From the sequence record MW218148.1: a DNA stretch of 64,000 nucleotides. One strand, given 5' to 3'. A model generated the notes under the pieces. It was not told where the DNA came from. It did not search any database and saw only the letters and a program-made list of their open reading frames with translations. Position 1 is the stretch's first letter; the number at the start of each line of letters is the position of its first letter. Positions 44,366-52,923 of this stretch are shown piece by piece. Position numbers and translations under genes: made by a program.

Positions 44366-45889
44366 TTATCGTTTTAATAATTTTTCAAGCATTTCAGAAG
44401 TTAAATCTTTTTGGTTATTCTTAACTTTGTAAGCACCAAGTTTACTTTCTTTAATGACTTCAAATTTATTATGGTCTGGTAAATATTTATAAACTAATTC
44501 TCTAGTTTGGTCTATGATAATAAAGTCTAATAAGAAGAATTCATTATAAATTTTCTTAACTGCTCTACGGTCAGATAATAAATCTACACCAGTTTTACGT
44601 TTAACTTCGTTAGCTTCATCAATAGTAATCATTAAAGCTGTTGTTGGAATATAGTTAGCTTTAGCTGACTTAGCAATACCAGAAGCTTTATTAACTGTAT
44701 AAAGAGAATTTAATTTGTTCCAAATAGCACCAGAACGTCCTTTTTTAGAGTCTTGAGCTATTTTTTTAACTTTATCAGCATCTAATAATAAATCTTTAAC
44801 TAAACGTAATTCACCTGTAGTAAATTTAACTAATTTAGTTACTAAGTTTGAACCACGAGATTTATCAGAAAGATAGAAGATGATGTCTTCAGTTTTAACA
44901 ACATGAACTACTGTTTTAACACCGAATTTAACTTCTTTAGGAACTAATACTCCTGGTAAATATTCACCTTTACTATCAGTTCCCATAAAAGTAACTTTAG
45001 AAGAAATAGTTGTAGGTAAAGAAGAATTTATTTTATCTTTATCAATAACTACTTTTGCACCGAATTTTTCATCTACTTCATTCTTAGATCTAGAAACATA
45101 ACTCTCAACTCTATCTAAAAATGAATCTAAGACGGTATCATCCGATATAAATAGAACTTTGCCTTTAGCATCTTTATGAGGTTCACCATTTAAAAGATTT
45201 TTAACATTTTTTGAAGGATCACTCTCTTTAAGTCCTTTAAATTCATATTCTTCAGTTTCAATTTTTTCTTTCTCTATTTCATTTCCATCTCTATCTTTTT
45301 TAGCTTCTTCTCTTATAGTTAACTTAAGTTTCAAATCATAGGTAGTTGATGAATTTTCTTGTCTAGATTTAATAAAATCTTTTTCATCAAAATCAAATTC
45401 ATATTTTCTTGTATTTTCATTATTGCTTATTTTAAATCCTTCATTTACAAGTTCTTTCATTTCTTCTCTAGTGATAGTCATATTATTTAAAGAAGACATA
45501 TTAAATTTTTCTTCAGGAGTTTCTAATAAATAATTATTAGATCTTTTAATATCTTCTTTTGTACTTTCAGCTAAATTTACATTATTATGTAAATCAGCCA
45601 TAAATGAAGTAGGGTCTTTCGGATCAAAAGTTTGTAACGGTGAATTTGTTAATACAAAATCAAACTCAAAAGCTCTCTCTAATTCTAACTGGTTTCTCAT
45701 TAATTCAACTGTGTCTTGTTCTATAGTATCAGATGTAACTAAAGGGAACTGTAGAATGAAATCTCCTGATCTAGATTTCATTGAACGTTTTCTTTTATTA
45801 TTGTCTTTATAATTTTTTCTTATACTATTTGGTTTTATATCTTGTAATAAAGATATTACATCTGTAAAAAGATTTACTTTATTGGCCAA
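44366..45889 (-). CDS. Conserved jumbo-phage virion protein
   Basis: ILQFPLVTSD.I...LE, LAES and VNEG motifs, PTTALMITIDE; late promoter. Confidence 0.5.
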   Translation of the reverse strand: MANKVNLFTDVISLLQDIKPNSIRKNYKDNNKRKRSMKSRSGDFILQFPLVTSDTIEQDTVELMRNQLELERAFEFDFVLTNSPLQTFDPKDPTSFMADLHNNVNLAESTKEDIKRSNNYLLETPEEKFNMSSLNNMTITREEMKELVNEGFKISNNENTRKYEFDFDEKDFIKSRQENSSTTYDLKLKLTIREEAKKDRDGNEIEKEKIETEEYEFKGLKESDPSKNVKNLLNGEPHKDAKGKVLFISDDTVLDSFLDRVESYVSRSKNEVDEKFGAKVVIDKDKINSSLPTTISSKVTFMGTDSKGEYLPGVLVPKEVKFGVKTVVHVVKTEDIIFYLSDKSRGSNLVTKLVKFTTGELRLVKDLLLDADKVKKIAQDSKKGRSGAIWNKLNSLYTVNKASGIAKSAKANYIPTTALMITIDEANEVKRKTGVDLLSDRRAVKKIYNEFFLLDFIIIDQTRELVYKYLPDHNKFEVIKESKLGAYKVKNNQKDLTSEMLEKLLKR

Positions 45890-45922
45890 TGTATTTCCGC
45901 CTTTCTTTTCTTATTATTTTTA

Positions 45923-45934
45923 TAAAGATATGTT
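45923..45934 (-). promoter_or_regulatory. Late promoter AACA-N6-TA
   Basis: AACA tatctt TA upstream of 45889. Confidence 0.65.
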
Positions 45935-46063
45935 TGATCATGGGAAACGATAAAAAATTAGAAAAAAAAAATAAATTTAGATATCGTATCAACTAAGACA
46001 CGATATCTAAATTTTTGTGAGTGAGTTATTTTTGAATATCCATCATATTCGAGAAGTTTTATC

Positions 46064-46210
46064 TTAAATTTTATCATAATTAGACAAAATATGCTTATTT
46101 TTAAAATCTTCGAAATCATCTCTTACTACATAAGATCCGCTTCCTATATTTCTATTAAATTTTTCCATAAAACTTTTTTCTTTCTTTTCCGATACATTAT
46201 CTTTATTCAA
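46064..46210 (-). CDS. Unlisted 48-aa ORF (possibly a frameshifted remnant)
   Basis: SD GGGGAGAG, TTG start, MNKDNVSEKKEKSFMEKFNRNIGSGSYVVRDDFEDFKNKHILSNYDKI. Confidence 0.45.
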   Translation of the reverse strand: MNKDNVSEKKEKSFMEKFNRNIGSGSYVVRDDFEDFKNKHILSNYDKI

Positions 46211-46460
46211 TTTTTGAATCTCTCCCCATTTATATTACTACTATTAAATATATTACATAAATATGTGTGAACGGACTAACCACCTTAAATATAATAGATA
46301 TAACTGTTTTGATTATTGACCTAAATGTCATTTGGGAATCTTTTTATTGGTTAACTCACTCTGTTCACATTTTGTTATTTTATACTTCCATTCATTTTAG
46401 TATAGGGGATCTAAAATGAATCGGCATATTTATATATCTTAGTAGAATATAGTATATTAA

Positions 46461-46504
46461 TGAGATGTTAATTTCTTAACTTCTCACTTTTATAATATAT
46501 ATTT
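46461..46504 (-). promoter_or_regulatory. Early promoter motif + adjacent hairpin
   Basis: AAATATATATTATAAAAGTGA (46504-46484) then a 10/11-bp stem, 46486-46461. Confidence 0.7.
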
Positions 46505-46573
46505 AAAAACTATTTACAAAAAAAAAAAGAAGAATCTTAAGATTCTTCTTTTAATACATTTGTAGGTTATATT

Positions 46574-47551
46574 TTAAAATATTCCTTTCTTCAGTCTTAT
46601 TATATCTTGAATTGTAGTTATTTCAATATTCTCTTTTTTAGCTTTATATTCTACTAATGAATTTGCTTCCAAGAATATTTTATAATTATTCATTCTCTTT
46701 AAATCAGACCAATTAAAACCATTTCTTAAAAGATATTGTTTGGCTTCTTGATAGTCAGTATTAATTGCTCTATCAAAGTAAGTTTTATCCAATTTTTCTC
46801 TTTCTAAAAATTCTCTCACTAATTTTCTTTTTTCACTATTTATTTTTTCTTCTTCTTTATTTATATCCCTTACAATGTTAAAATCAAGATCATATTCTAT
46901 ACCTTCATTAATATATATAAATTCATCTCCTCTTACTTGTTTTTCCATTTTTTCTCTTGCCAATTCTTCAACCAATTTTTCTTCAGATCTAAGAAATACA
47001 TTTTCGAAGTATTCTCTATCAAATTTATACTTACCATTAGAAAGATCTATAACTATAAATGGATATTCTGGTTCTCTTACCAGACCCGGACCAGCTTTTA
47101 TATTTCTGCCTTTTTTATTTTTTATCAGTTTTCTAAGTCTCATTTTACCAACTGAATCTTCCTTTCTAAAACCTATAAAATCATTAAGTCTATATATATT
47201 ATAATCTTTATCTACAGCAAATATTCTTTTCCCTCTAGTTAACATATCCATTCTATTAAGATATTCTAATTCTTCTCCTGTAATATTAAATTCAAAATCC
47301 ATCTTTCTTTCGAATCCTTTGAAGTCACAGTTTCTTATACAATCTTTCATTGTATCAAATTTTTTAATATACATCTTTTCTTCTACTGCGTCATTATGTT
47401 CACTACCAATAGAATCAATAAGAATATTTATCGTACTTGAAAAAGTAGATCCTTTACCATCATCTATTTTTCTTCTTCCCATAAATTTGTCTACTTTGTC
47501 ATAATATACATTATACTTCTCTTGTATACTTTTTCTATATTTAATACCCAT
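46574..47551 (-). CDS. Hypothetical protein (325 aa, early)
   Basis: Long K/E-rich ORF with SD AAGGATGG. Confidence 0.7.
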   Translation of the reverse strand: MGIKYRKSIQEKYNVYYDKVDKFMGRRKIDDGKGSTFSSTINILIDSIGSEHNDAVEEKMYIKKFDTMKDCIRNCDFKGFERKMDFEFNITGEELEYLNRMDMLTRGKRIFAVDKDYNIYRLNDFIGFRKEDSVGKMRLRKLIKNKKGRNIKAGPGLVREPEYPFIVIDLSNGKYKFDREYFENVFLRSEEKLVEELAREKMEKQVRGDEFIYINEGIEYDLDFNIVRDINKEEEKINSEKRKLVREFLEREKLDKTYFDRAINTDYQEAKQYLLRNGFNWSDLKRMNNYKIFLEANSLVEYKAKKENIEITTIQDIIRLKKGIF

Positions 47552-47613
47552 TTTTAATCCATCCTTTATTATTTTTTTTTTATTTACAACTTTTAAGATT
47601 TTCTATATAATAT

Positions 47614-47733
47614 TTACTTCTTTTGATACATCTTGATCGTTTCCCTCATCCACTTTGCTTTCTTTGCCGCTTTCTTCGCCATTGCTCTGTTTCTCTTGTG
47701 ATTGAGTATCATTTGCTTAATTATCTCTTTCAT
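47614..47733 (-). CDS. Unlisted 39-aa highly basic peptide
   Basis: SD AAGGATGG; MKEIIKQMILNHKRNRAMAKKAAKKAKWMRETIKMYQKK; first gene after an early promoter. Confidence 0.65.
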   Translation of the reverse strand: MKEIIKQMILNHKRNRAMAKKAAKKAKWMRETIKMYQKK

Positions 47734-47760
47734 TTTTAATCCATCCTTTTTATTTAAATT

Positions 47761-47802
47761 AGTTGATAGTTATTATCAACTTCATAATTATAATATAAAT
47801 TT
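47761..47802 (-). promoter_or_regulatory. Early promoter motif + adjacent hairpin
   Basis: AAATTTATATTATAATTATGA (18/21) then AGTTGATA-ataac-TATCAACT. Confidence 0.6.
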
Positions 47803-47834
47803 ATAAATTAATTTATTACGGAAAAACATACTTT

Positions 47835-47846
47835 AACATAGCCTTA
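47835..47846 (+). promoter_or_regulatory. Late promoter AACA-N6-TA
   Basis: AACA tagcct TA upstream of the tube/baseplate operon. Confidence 0.65.
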
Positions 47847-47868
47847 TTAAAAATAATGATCGATAGGG

Positions 47869-48831
47869 GTGACAAGAGAATTGGCTGAAGATAATTTTAA
47901 AAAGGCGTTAAAAAAAGAAGGAGATATTCATGAAATAAAATCCTTTAATCCATATAGAATGAAAGATAAAAACTCAGAAATATTTAATAAAGGTCTACCT
48001 TTTATTTTCTTTACAGCACCTAGACTTAATCTAGTTGATGATAATCTAGGTAGAGAAGGTTTCTTTCTTTATTTAAGAGCAGTTAAACCTGATTTATTAA
48101 AAAGTCTTAACTTCAGTAATGCTGGAGCTTTAAGTTCTGGTAAACCGTTTATGCCAATTCTTTCTAATAGATTTATGGGAATATCTATTCCTGATACACA
48201 AACTACAATGAAAGAATTCCATGAGACATTTTATGGTTATAAACAGCATTTACCTATAGGTAATGTTAACTCCCTTGCTGGTGGAGAAATTACGGTTGAT
48301 TTTGAGGAAAATAAAGAAATAGATATAATACACTTGATTAAAGCGTGGAGTGAGTATATAGAAGGTATTACAAGAGGATATATGTATCCTTCTGATGATG
48401 CTAAGAATAAAAGATATATAGACTATACTAGTTCTATATATTATTTCTTATTAGATTTTGATGGAGAGACTATTCTTCATTACTCTAAATATACTGGTTG
48501 CTTCCCTATTAATGTACCTTATGATGTATTTTCACAAAATATTGGAGAAGATCCAGAAGTTCCTCATGTATCAATTAACTTTGCTTATTCATATAAAGAA
48601 GATATGAACCCAGATACTCTAGTTGATTTTAATTCAGTATCTACTATGGCAACTAGTATAGCTAATGCTTCAGGAACTCAACCTATTAAAGCTAAAATTA
48701 ATACTGTATCTATGGGTAATAAATTAAATTATGATGAAATGTATCCAGTTGATACGGGAAATCCGTACGTAGTTATGGGGCAAAGAAAAGAAGATAAAGC
48801 TAAACCAAAATATAGATTAAGATTTTTATAA
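47869..48831 (+). CDS. Tail-tube-fold protein (T4 gp19/gp54-like)
   Basis: ITVDFEE....IIHLIKAWSEYI...YTSSIYYFLLD.DG.TI...KYTGCFPINVP...VSINFAY tube pattern. Confidence 0.65.
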   Translation: MTRELAEDNFKKALKKEGDIHEIKSFNPYRMKDKNSEIFNKGLPFIFFTAPRLNLVDDNLGREGFFLYLRAVKPDLLKSLNFSNAGALSSGKPFMPILSNRFMGISIPDTQTTMKEFHETFYGYKQHLPIGNVNSLAGGEITVDFEENKEIDIIHLIKAWSEYIEGITRGYMYPSDDAKNKRYIDYTSSIYYFLLDFDGETILHYSKYTGCFPINVPYDVFSQNIGEDPEVPHVSINFAYSYKEDMNPDTLVDFNSVSTMATSIANASGTQPIKAKINTVSMGNKLNYDEMYPVDTGNPYVVMGQRKEDKAKPKYRLRFL

Positions 48832-48853
48832 GAAAGAGAGTTGAAAATAATAA

Positions 48854-51841
48854 ATGGCTATAACACAGTATTTCTCTAATGAACAAGAGAAACTTGATTT
48901 TCTTAATAAAGCTAATATAGACACAGAAAGTGTTATTAAGATAGGTAGTACTTCATATGATGTCAAAGACAAGTGGTTTAATATGGCTGCTAAGTTCTTT
49001 GAAATTGATACAGAGAATACTCCTATTGATGAAAATGAAGATGAAGATTTAATTTCATTACTTAAAGCTGGATTATTCGGTTATATTAATGAAATTAATT
49101 CACATGAAGTTAAAAATGCTATATATCATAGAAATGTATTATATGATGAGTTATTCTTAAATACAGCATCAATACCTATGTCTATATACAACTTCGCTAA
49201 GTTATATAACGTACCTATTCAAATGGCTAAACCTGCTAACTTTAAAGTAGATTTTGTTATTAGAAAAGATGATATATTAAAATTACCTTCTAAGGAAATT
49301 GTATCGTCACAAGAAATAGATAAGAAGAAATCATTAAAAACTTATGAAGTCTCTTTATCTAAAGAACAAGAATTCACTATAGGTAACTTTAAGTACTGTT
49401 TACCTTATGATGTATCAATGGTATTAAAACAGTATCCAATTACTAGAGATGGTAAAGAAGCTATTGATTATAAAATTACTGCTAGATACGATGTAGACAA
49501 TAATCTATTTAAGTTTTCTTCTATTATAGATAATAATATTAAAGTGTCTAAAAATATAATCAATGGTGTTGATTATATGTATTTCTCTTTAGACCTTTAT
49601 CAAATTGAAAGAGTATCTAAAGAATTTAACGTTACTACAAATGATATTGCTGAAAATATTTATTTTAATTCAAATTATGATAATCAATTAGCTGGTTTTA
49701 ATGTATTCTATGAATATATGGGAGATAGAACTCCTATGGAAACTTACTTTAATAATACATTCACACCAGAAACAGGAAATCCATTCTGCTACTATAATTT
49801 TAAAGATGATAACACTTTAGAAATATCATTTTCAAATATAGCTAACTCATTTAGACCTAAAGCTAACAGTAAGATAATAGTTGAAACTTTAACTACTAAA
49901 GGTGAAATGGGTAACTTTTCTTATAATGATACACTTAAAGTAGAAATTAATACTGGTAATACATTTGAAAAAGTGCCGGTGTCAATTCTTCCTAAAGGAA
50001 ATTCAGTTGATGGTAAAAACAGACCTGATGTTTATACAGAAAAGAGAAGAATAATTAATAAAGCTATTACTAGAGATAATATCATTACTGACTTTGATGT
50101 TAAGAATTATTTCAATGACATTAATGATAACAATAACATTAATAACTCTTTCATTAACTTTATTAAGAAACGTAATGATCTTTATACACGTATGTATAAT
50201 GCATTCTTATTGTTAAGGGATAGTGATAAGAAAGTAATGCCTACAAATACAGCACCGTATATAGAATTTCCTAAACAATATTTCATTGGAAACACTTCTT
50301 TAGGAAATGAAGAAGACGGTTATGTTATTCCGGAAAATAGTTTATTCAGATATGACGGAGATACCAAAAAATATGTCCACATTGAAAAAGGATTAGACGA
50401 TCCTACTGAAAAAGAAAAGTTTGAAAAAGATAAAGATTCACTTTATTATGTTAACCCTTATTTGATTAAGGTTAATAAGTATCCATTTTTATCTACTAAC
50501 TATTATAAAGTTCATGTAAATGATTTATTCTCTACTGAGTATAAATACATTAATGAATTAATACCAAATAATATAACTACTACTGACTTATATGTAGAAA
50601 AGTTAAATGACTTTAAAAATACATTAGAGTCTGATACTTTTAAATTTAGCTTAGAAATTGGTATGGATAGTTCGATACAAGAAATGAAGGATTTATTAAA
50701 GGTAAGAGCAGTATTAATTTCTCAAGAAACTGGTGAGAGATATGGTTACTTTGAATTAAATCCAGAAGAAAGTATTGAATCTGAAAATAATATTATTGAT
50801 GAATCTGATTCAGCTTCAGACAAATCATCTTTATATTCAGGTATGATTTCTACAAATAGATCTTTCCATGATGGTAAGTTATCTATTACTGACTCTCTTT
50901 ATAATGATAAAGGTGTAGTACAAGATAATGTATTTATTGATGAGAAATTTGTAGTTAAAGTTGGTTTACTTTATAAAGATGAAGATATGAGATATTTTAA
51001 TGACCTTGATATATCTGATGAGATGAATTTCTTTAAAGATTCTTTCCCTGATCATAGAGAAGAAGATATAAAAGATTATTCTTTAGCATGTTCTATGGAA
51101 ACTTTTGAAGGTGTATCAATATACAAAGATATGTCTCATGTAATGAATAGTACTGTATCTATGACTAGTGATAAATGTAAAGTAGAACTTGTTCCTTTAT
51201 TCTCATTAGGCTACTTCATGAATAATTATGAAGAAGTTTATACAGTATTGGAAGGATATAAAGAAATATTAGAAGACGCTATACCTAGATTACAAAATAA
51301 TACTAGTATAGATATGAAGCTTTATAATACTAAAGGACCTTCTAATAATTATTATCTAGATACTGAATTAAATGATGATAATTTAAATAATAAATATATC
51401 TCTAGAACAGATATTCTTTTAGATTTAGATATTACTCTTTATGCACCTATTAATGATTTCTTAGATGGAGAAATTAAACGTTATATTTCTGACTTTGTAG
51501 AAGCATGTAACGAAAAAGGTGTACTACCTATATCTAACTTAATCAGATTATTAGAACAAAACTTCGATATAATCAAGTATATAGTGTTCAATGGTATTTC
51601 TGGTAAGTATGCGGAAAAAGTAGACAACCATTACCAAAAACTACTTAATACTAATGTAGATTATATGGACTTAAGTAAACAACAAATTATTGAGTACGTT
51701 CCAGAATTTATCAATATTAAGAAAGTACTTAAAGATAATCAAGTTGAAGTGAGTAATGAAGACTCTGAAAGTGGAACTACAGTTATTGATCTAGGTTTAT
51801 CTTATGATGATGTAGTTAATATAACTTATTCAATATCATAA
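48854..51841 (+). CDS. Large baseplate wedge protein (T4 gp6-like)
   Basis: GLFGYINE...ELFLNTA.IP.SIYNFA, ETLTTKGEMGNF, G...DG...RDNIITDFD pattern; follows the tube-like gene. Confidence 0.65.
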   Translation: MAITQYFSNEQEKLDFLNKANIDTESVIKIGSTSYDVKDKWFNMAAKFFEIDTENTPIDENEDEDLISLLKAGLFGYINEINSHEVKNAIYHRNVLYDELFLNTASIPMSIYNFAKLYNVPIQMAKPANFKVDFVIRKDDILKLPSKEIVSSQEIDKKKSLKTYEVSLSKEQEFTIGNFKYCLPYDVSMVLKQYPITRDGKEAIDYKITARYDVDNNLFKFSSIIDNNIKVSKNIINGVDYMYFSLDLYQIERVSKEFNVTTNDIAENIYFNSNYDNQLAGFNVFYEYMGDRTPMETYFNNTFTPETGNPFCYYNFKDDNTLEISFSNIANSFRPKANSKIIVETLTTKGEMGNFSYNDTLKVEINTGNTFEKVPVSILPKGNSVDGKNRPDVYTEKRRIINKAITRDNIITDFDVKNYFNDINDNNNINNSFINFIKKRNDLYTRMYNAFLLLRDSDKKVMPTNTAPYIEFPKQYFIGNTSLGNEEDGYVIPENSLFRYDGDTKKYVHIEKGLDDPTEKEKFEKDKDSLYYVNPYLIKVNKYPFLSTNYYKVHVNDLFSTEYKYINELIPNNITTTDLYVEKLNDFKNTLESDTFKFSLEIGMDSSIQEMKDLLKVRAVLISQETGERYGYFELNPEESIESENNIIDESDSASDKSSLYSGMISTNRSFHDGKLSITDSLYNDKGVVQDNVFIDEKFVVKVGLLYKDEDMRYFNDLDISDEMNFFKDSFPDHREEDIKDYSLACSMETFEGVSIYKDMSHVMNSTVSMTSDKCKVELVPLFSLGYFMNNYEEVYTVLEGYKEILEDAIPRLQNNTSIDMKLYNTKGPSNNYYLDTELNDDNLNNKYISRTDILLDLDITLYAPINDFLDGEIKRYISDFVEACNEKGVLPISNLIRLLEQNFDIIKYIVFNGISGKYAEKVDNHYQKLLNTNVDYMDLSKQQIIEYVPEFINIKKVLKDNQVEVSNEDSESGTTVIDLGLSYDDVVNITYSIS

Positions 51842-51883
51842 AAAATAATTAAAATATAAAATAAAGAAAGAGGTTTAAGAAGA

Positions 51884-52867
51884 ATGGCTAAAACATTTAT
51901 TTCTGATTACCGTAAAAATCAAGCTAATCTTAATAGAAAAGCAGCTAATGCTTTAGAACAGAAAAAGTACAATGATAGTATTAATGAAGAATTACAAGTA
52001 TCAAAAGAAAAAGATTTAATTGCAGGTAGAAATAATAAATTACGTGCTAATAATAAAGTAGCTATTAATAATGCTAAAAACAAATCTGAGAAGGATCTTA
52101 AAGATTTAAACTCTCAAACAATTATGACAACTTTATTTTCAGCTTTAGTATTTAATACTTTCCCTAACAAAATTGCGGATAAATCTAAATTACGTGAGAA
52201 AATTGTTTCTAAGAGTAGATTATTCTTTAATGAAGCTATGAATGCTGAATTAGCTACTTATCAAGGTAGTGAAGTATTCTCTAACGCTAAATTTAATGCA
52301 GATGTATATGCTAAAGATGCTCGTGGAGTAATTGATCCTAAGGATTCAATCAAAGGAGCTAAAGTAGTATATCAAAAAGGTAGAACTGAATTTGATTACT
52401 TAACAAACGTAGTTGCTAAGAAAATTGAATCAGCTGTAATCCGTGAATCTGAATTGGTTGATGTTCGTGAAAAGTTAAATGAAAGTTTAGCTGACACTCA
52501 CAAAAAGAATAATAAAACTCTATTCCGTAGTTTACACGAATCAGCTATTAATAATATTGTAAATGATGAAGCTTATCTTAAAGAAGAAGTTTCTGCTGAA
52601 GAAGTTAATATGGATGCTTTAGTTGAAGCTACTTTAGACTACACTATTATGGAATTAATCCATACTGCTAAATTAAGTACATTTAACATGGCTGAAGTTC
52701 AAAAAGCAGTTAAGAATGGTTCTATTAAAGTTAATACTAAACAGTCAAGTAAAGTTAATCCTGAAAATGGATCTACTAAACCTTCTGGTGACGGTGTTAC
52801 GCCTAGAACTGTTGGTAATGAAAATAAAATTAAAACAGGTTCAGTTAAATTAAATAACGAAGAATAA
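51884..52867 (+). CDS. Putative virion internal/scaffold-like protein
   Basis: Helical K/N/A-rich protein with INEE, IRES, LNES, LHES motifs; late operon. Confidence 0.45.
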   Translation: MAKTFISDYRKNQANLNRKAANALEQKKYNDSINEELQVSKEKDLIAGRNNKLRANNKVAINNAKNKSEKDLKDLNSQTIMTTLFSALVFNTFPNKIADKSKLREKIVSKSRLFFNEAMNAELATYQGSEVFSNAKFNADVYAKDARGVIDPKDSIKGAKVVYQKGRTEFDYLTNVVAKKIESAVIRESELVDVREKLNESLADTHKKNNKTLFRSLHESAINNIVNDEAYLKEEVSAEEVNMDALVEATLDYTIMELIHTAKLSTFNMAEVQKAVKNGSIKVNTKQSSKVNPENGSTKPSGDGVTPRTVGNENKIKTGSVKLNNEE

Positions 52868-52884
52868 AAAAAAATAATATAAAA

Positions 52885-52918
52885 ATCCCCTAATACTATT
52901 AATTTAGTATTAGGGGAT
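52885..52918. terminator. Bidirectional terminator, ATTAATTT-loop family
   Basis: Identical to the 34-mer at 24238. Confidence 0.8.
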
Positions 52919-52923
52919 ATATT

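Noticed and set aside
44366-45889. Major capsid protein call
   Set aside because: No HK97-fold signature could be recognised; kept as a generic virion protein.
45995-46066. Frameshift extension of the 48-aa ORF (KFKIKLLEYDGYSKITHSQKI)
   Set aside because: Only about 20 extra codons with no clear homology; equally explained by chance or decay.
2030-52918. Dispersed CCCCTAA...TTAGGGG repeats as a CRISPR array or IS ends
   Set aside because: Copies are kilobases apart with no spacer periodicity, no cas or transposase gene, and they sit at gene ends as hairpins.
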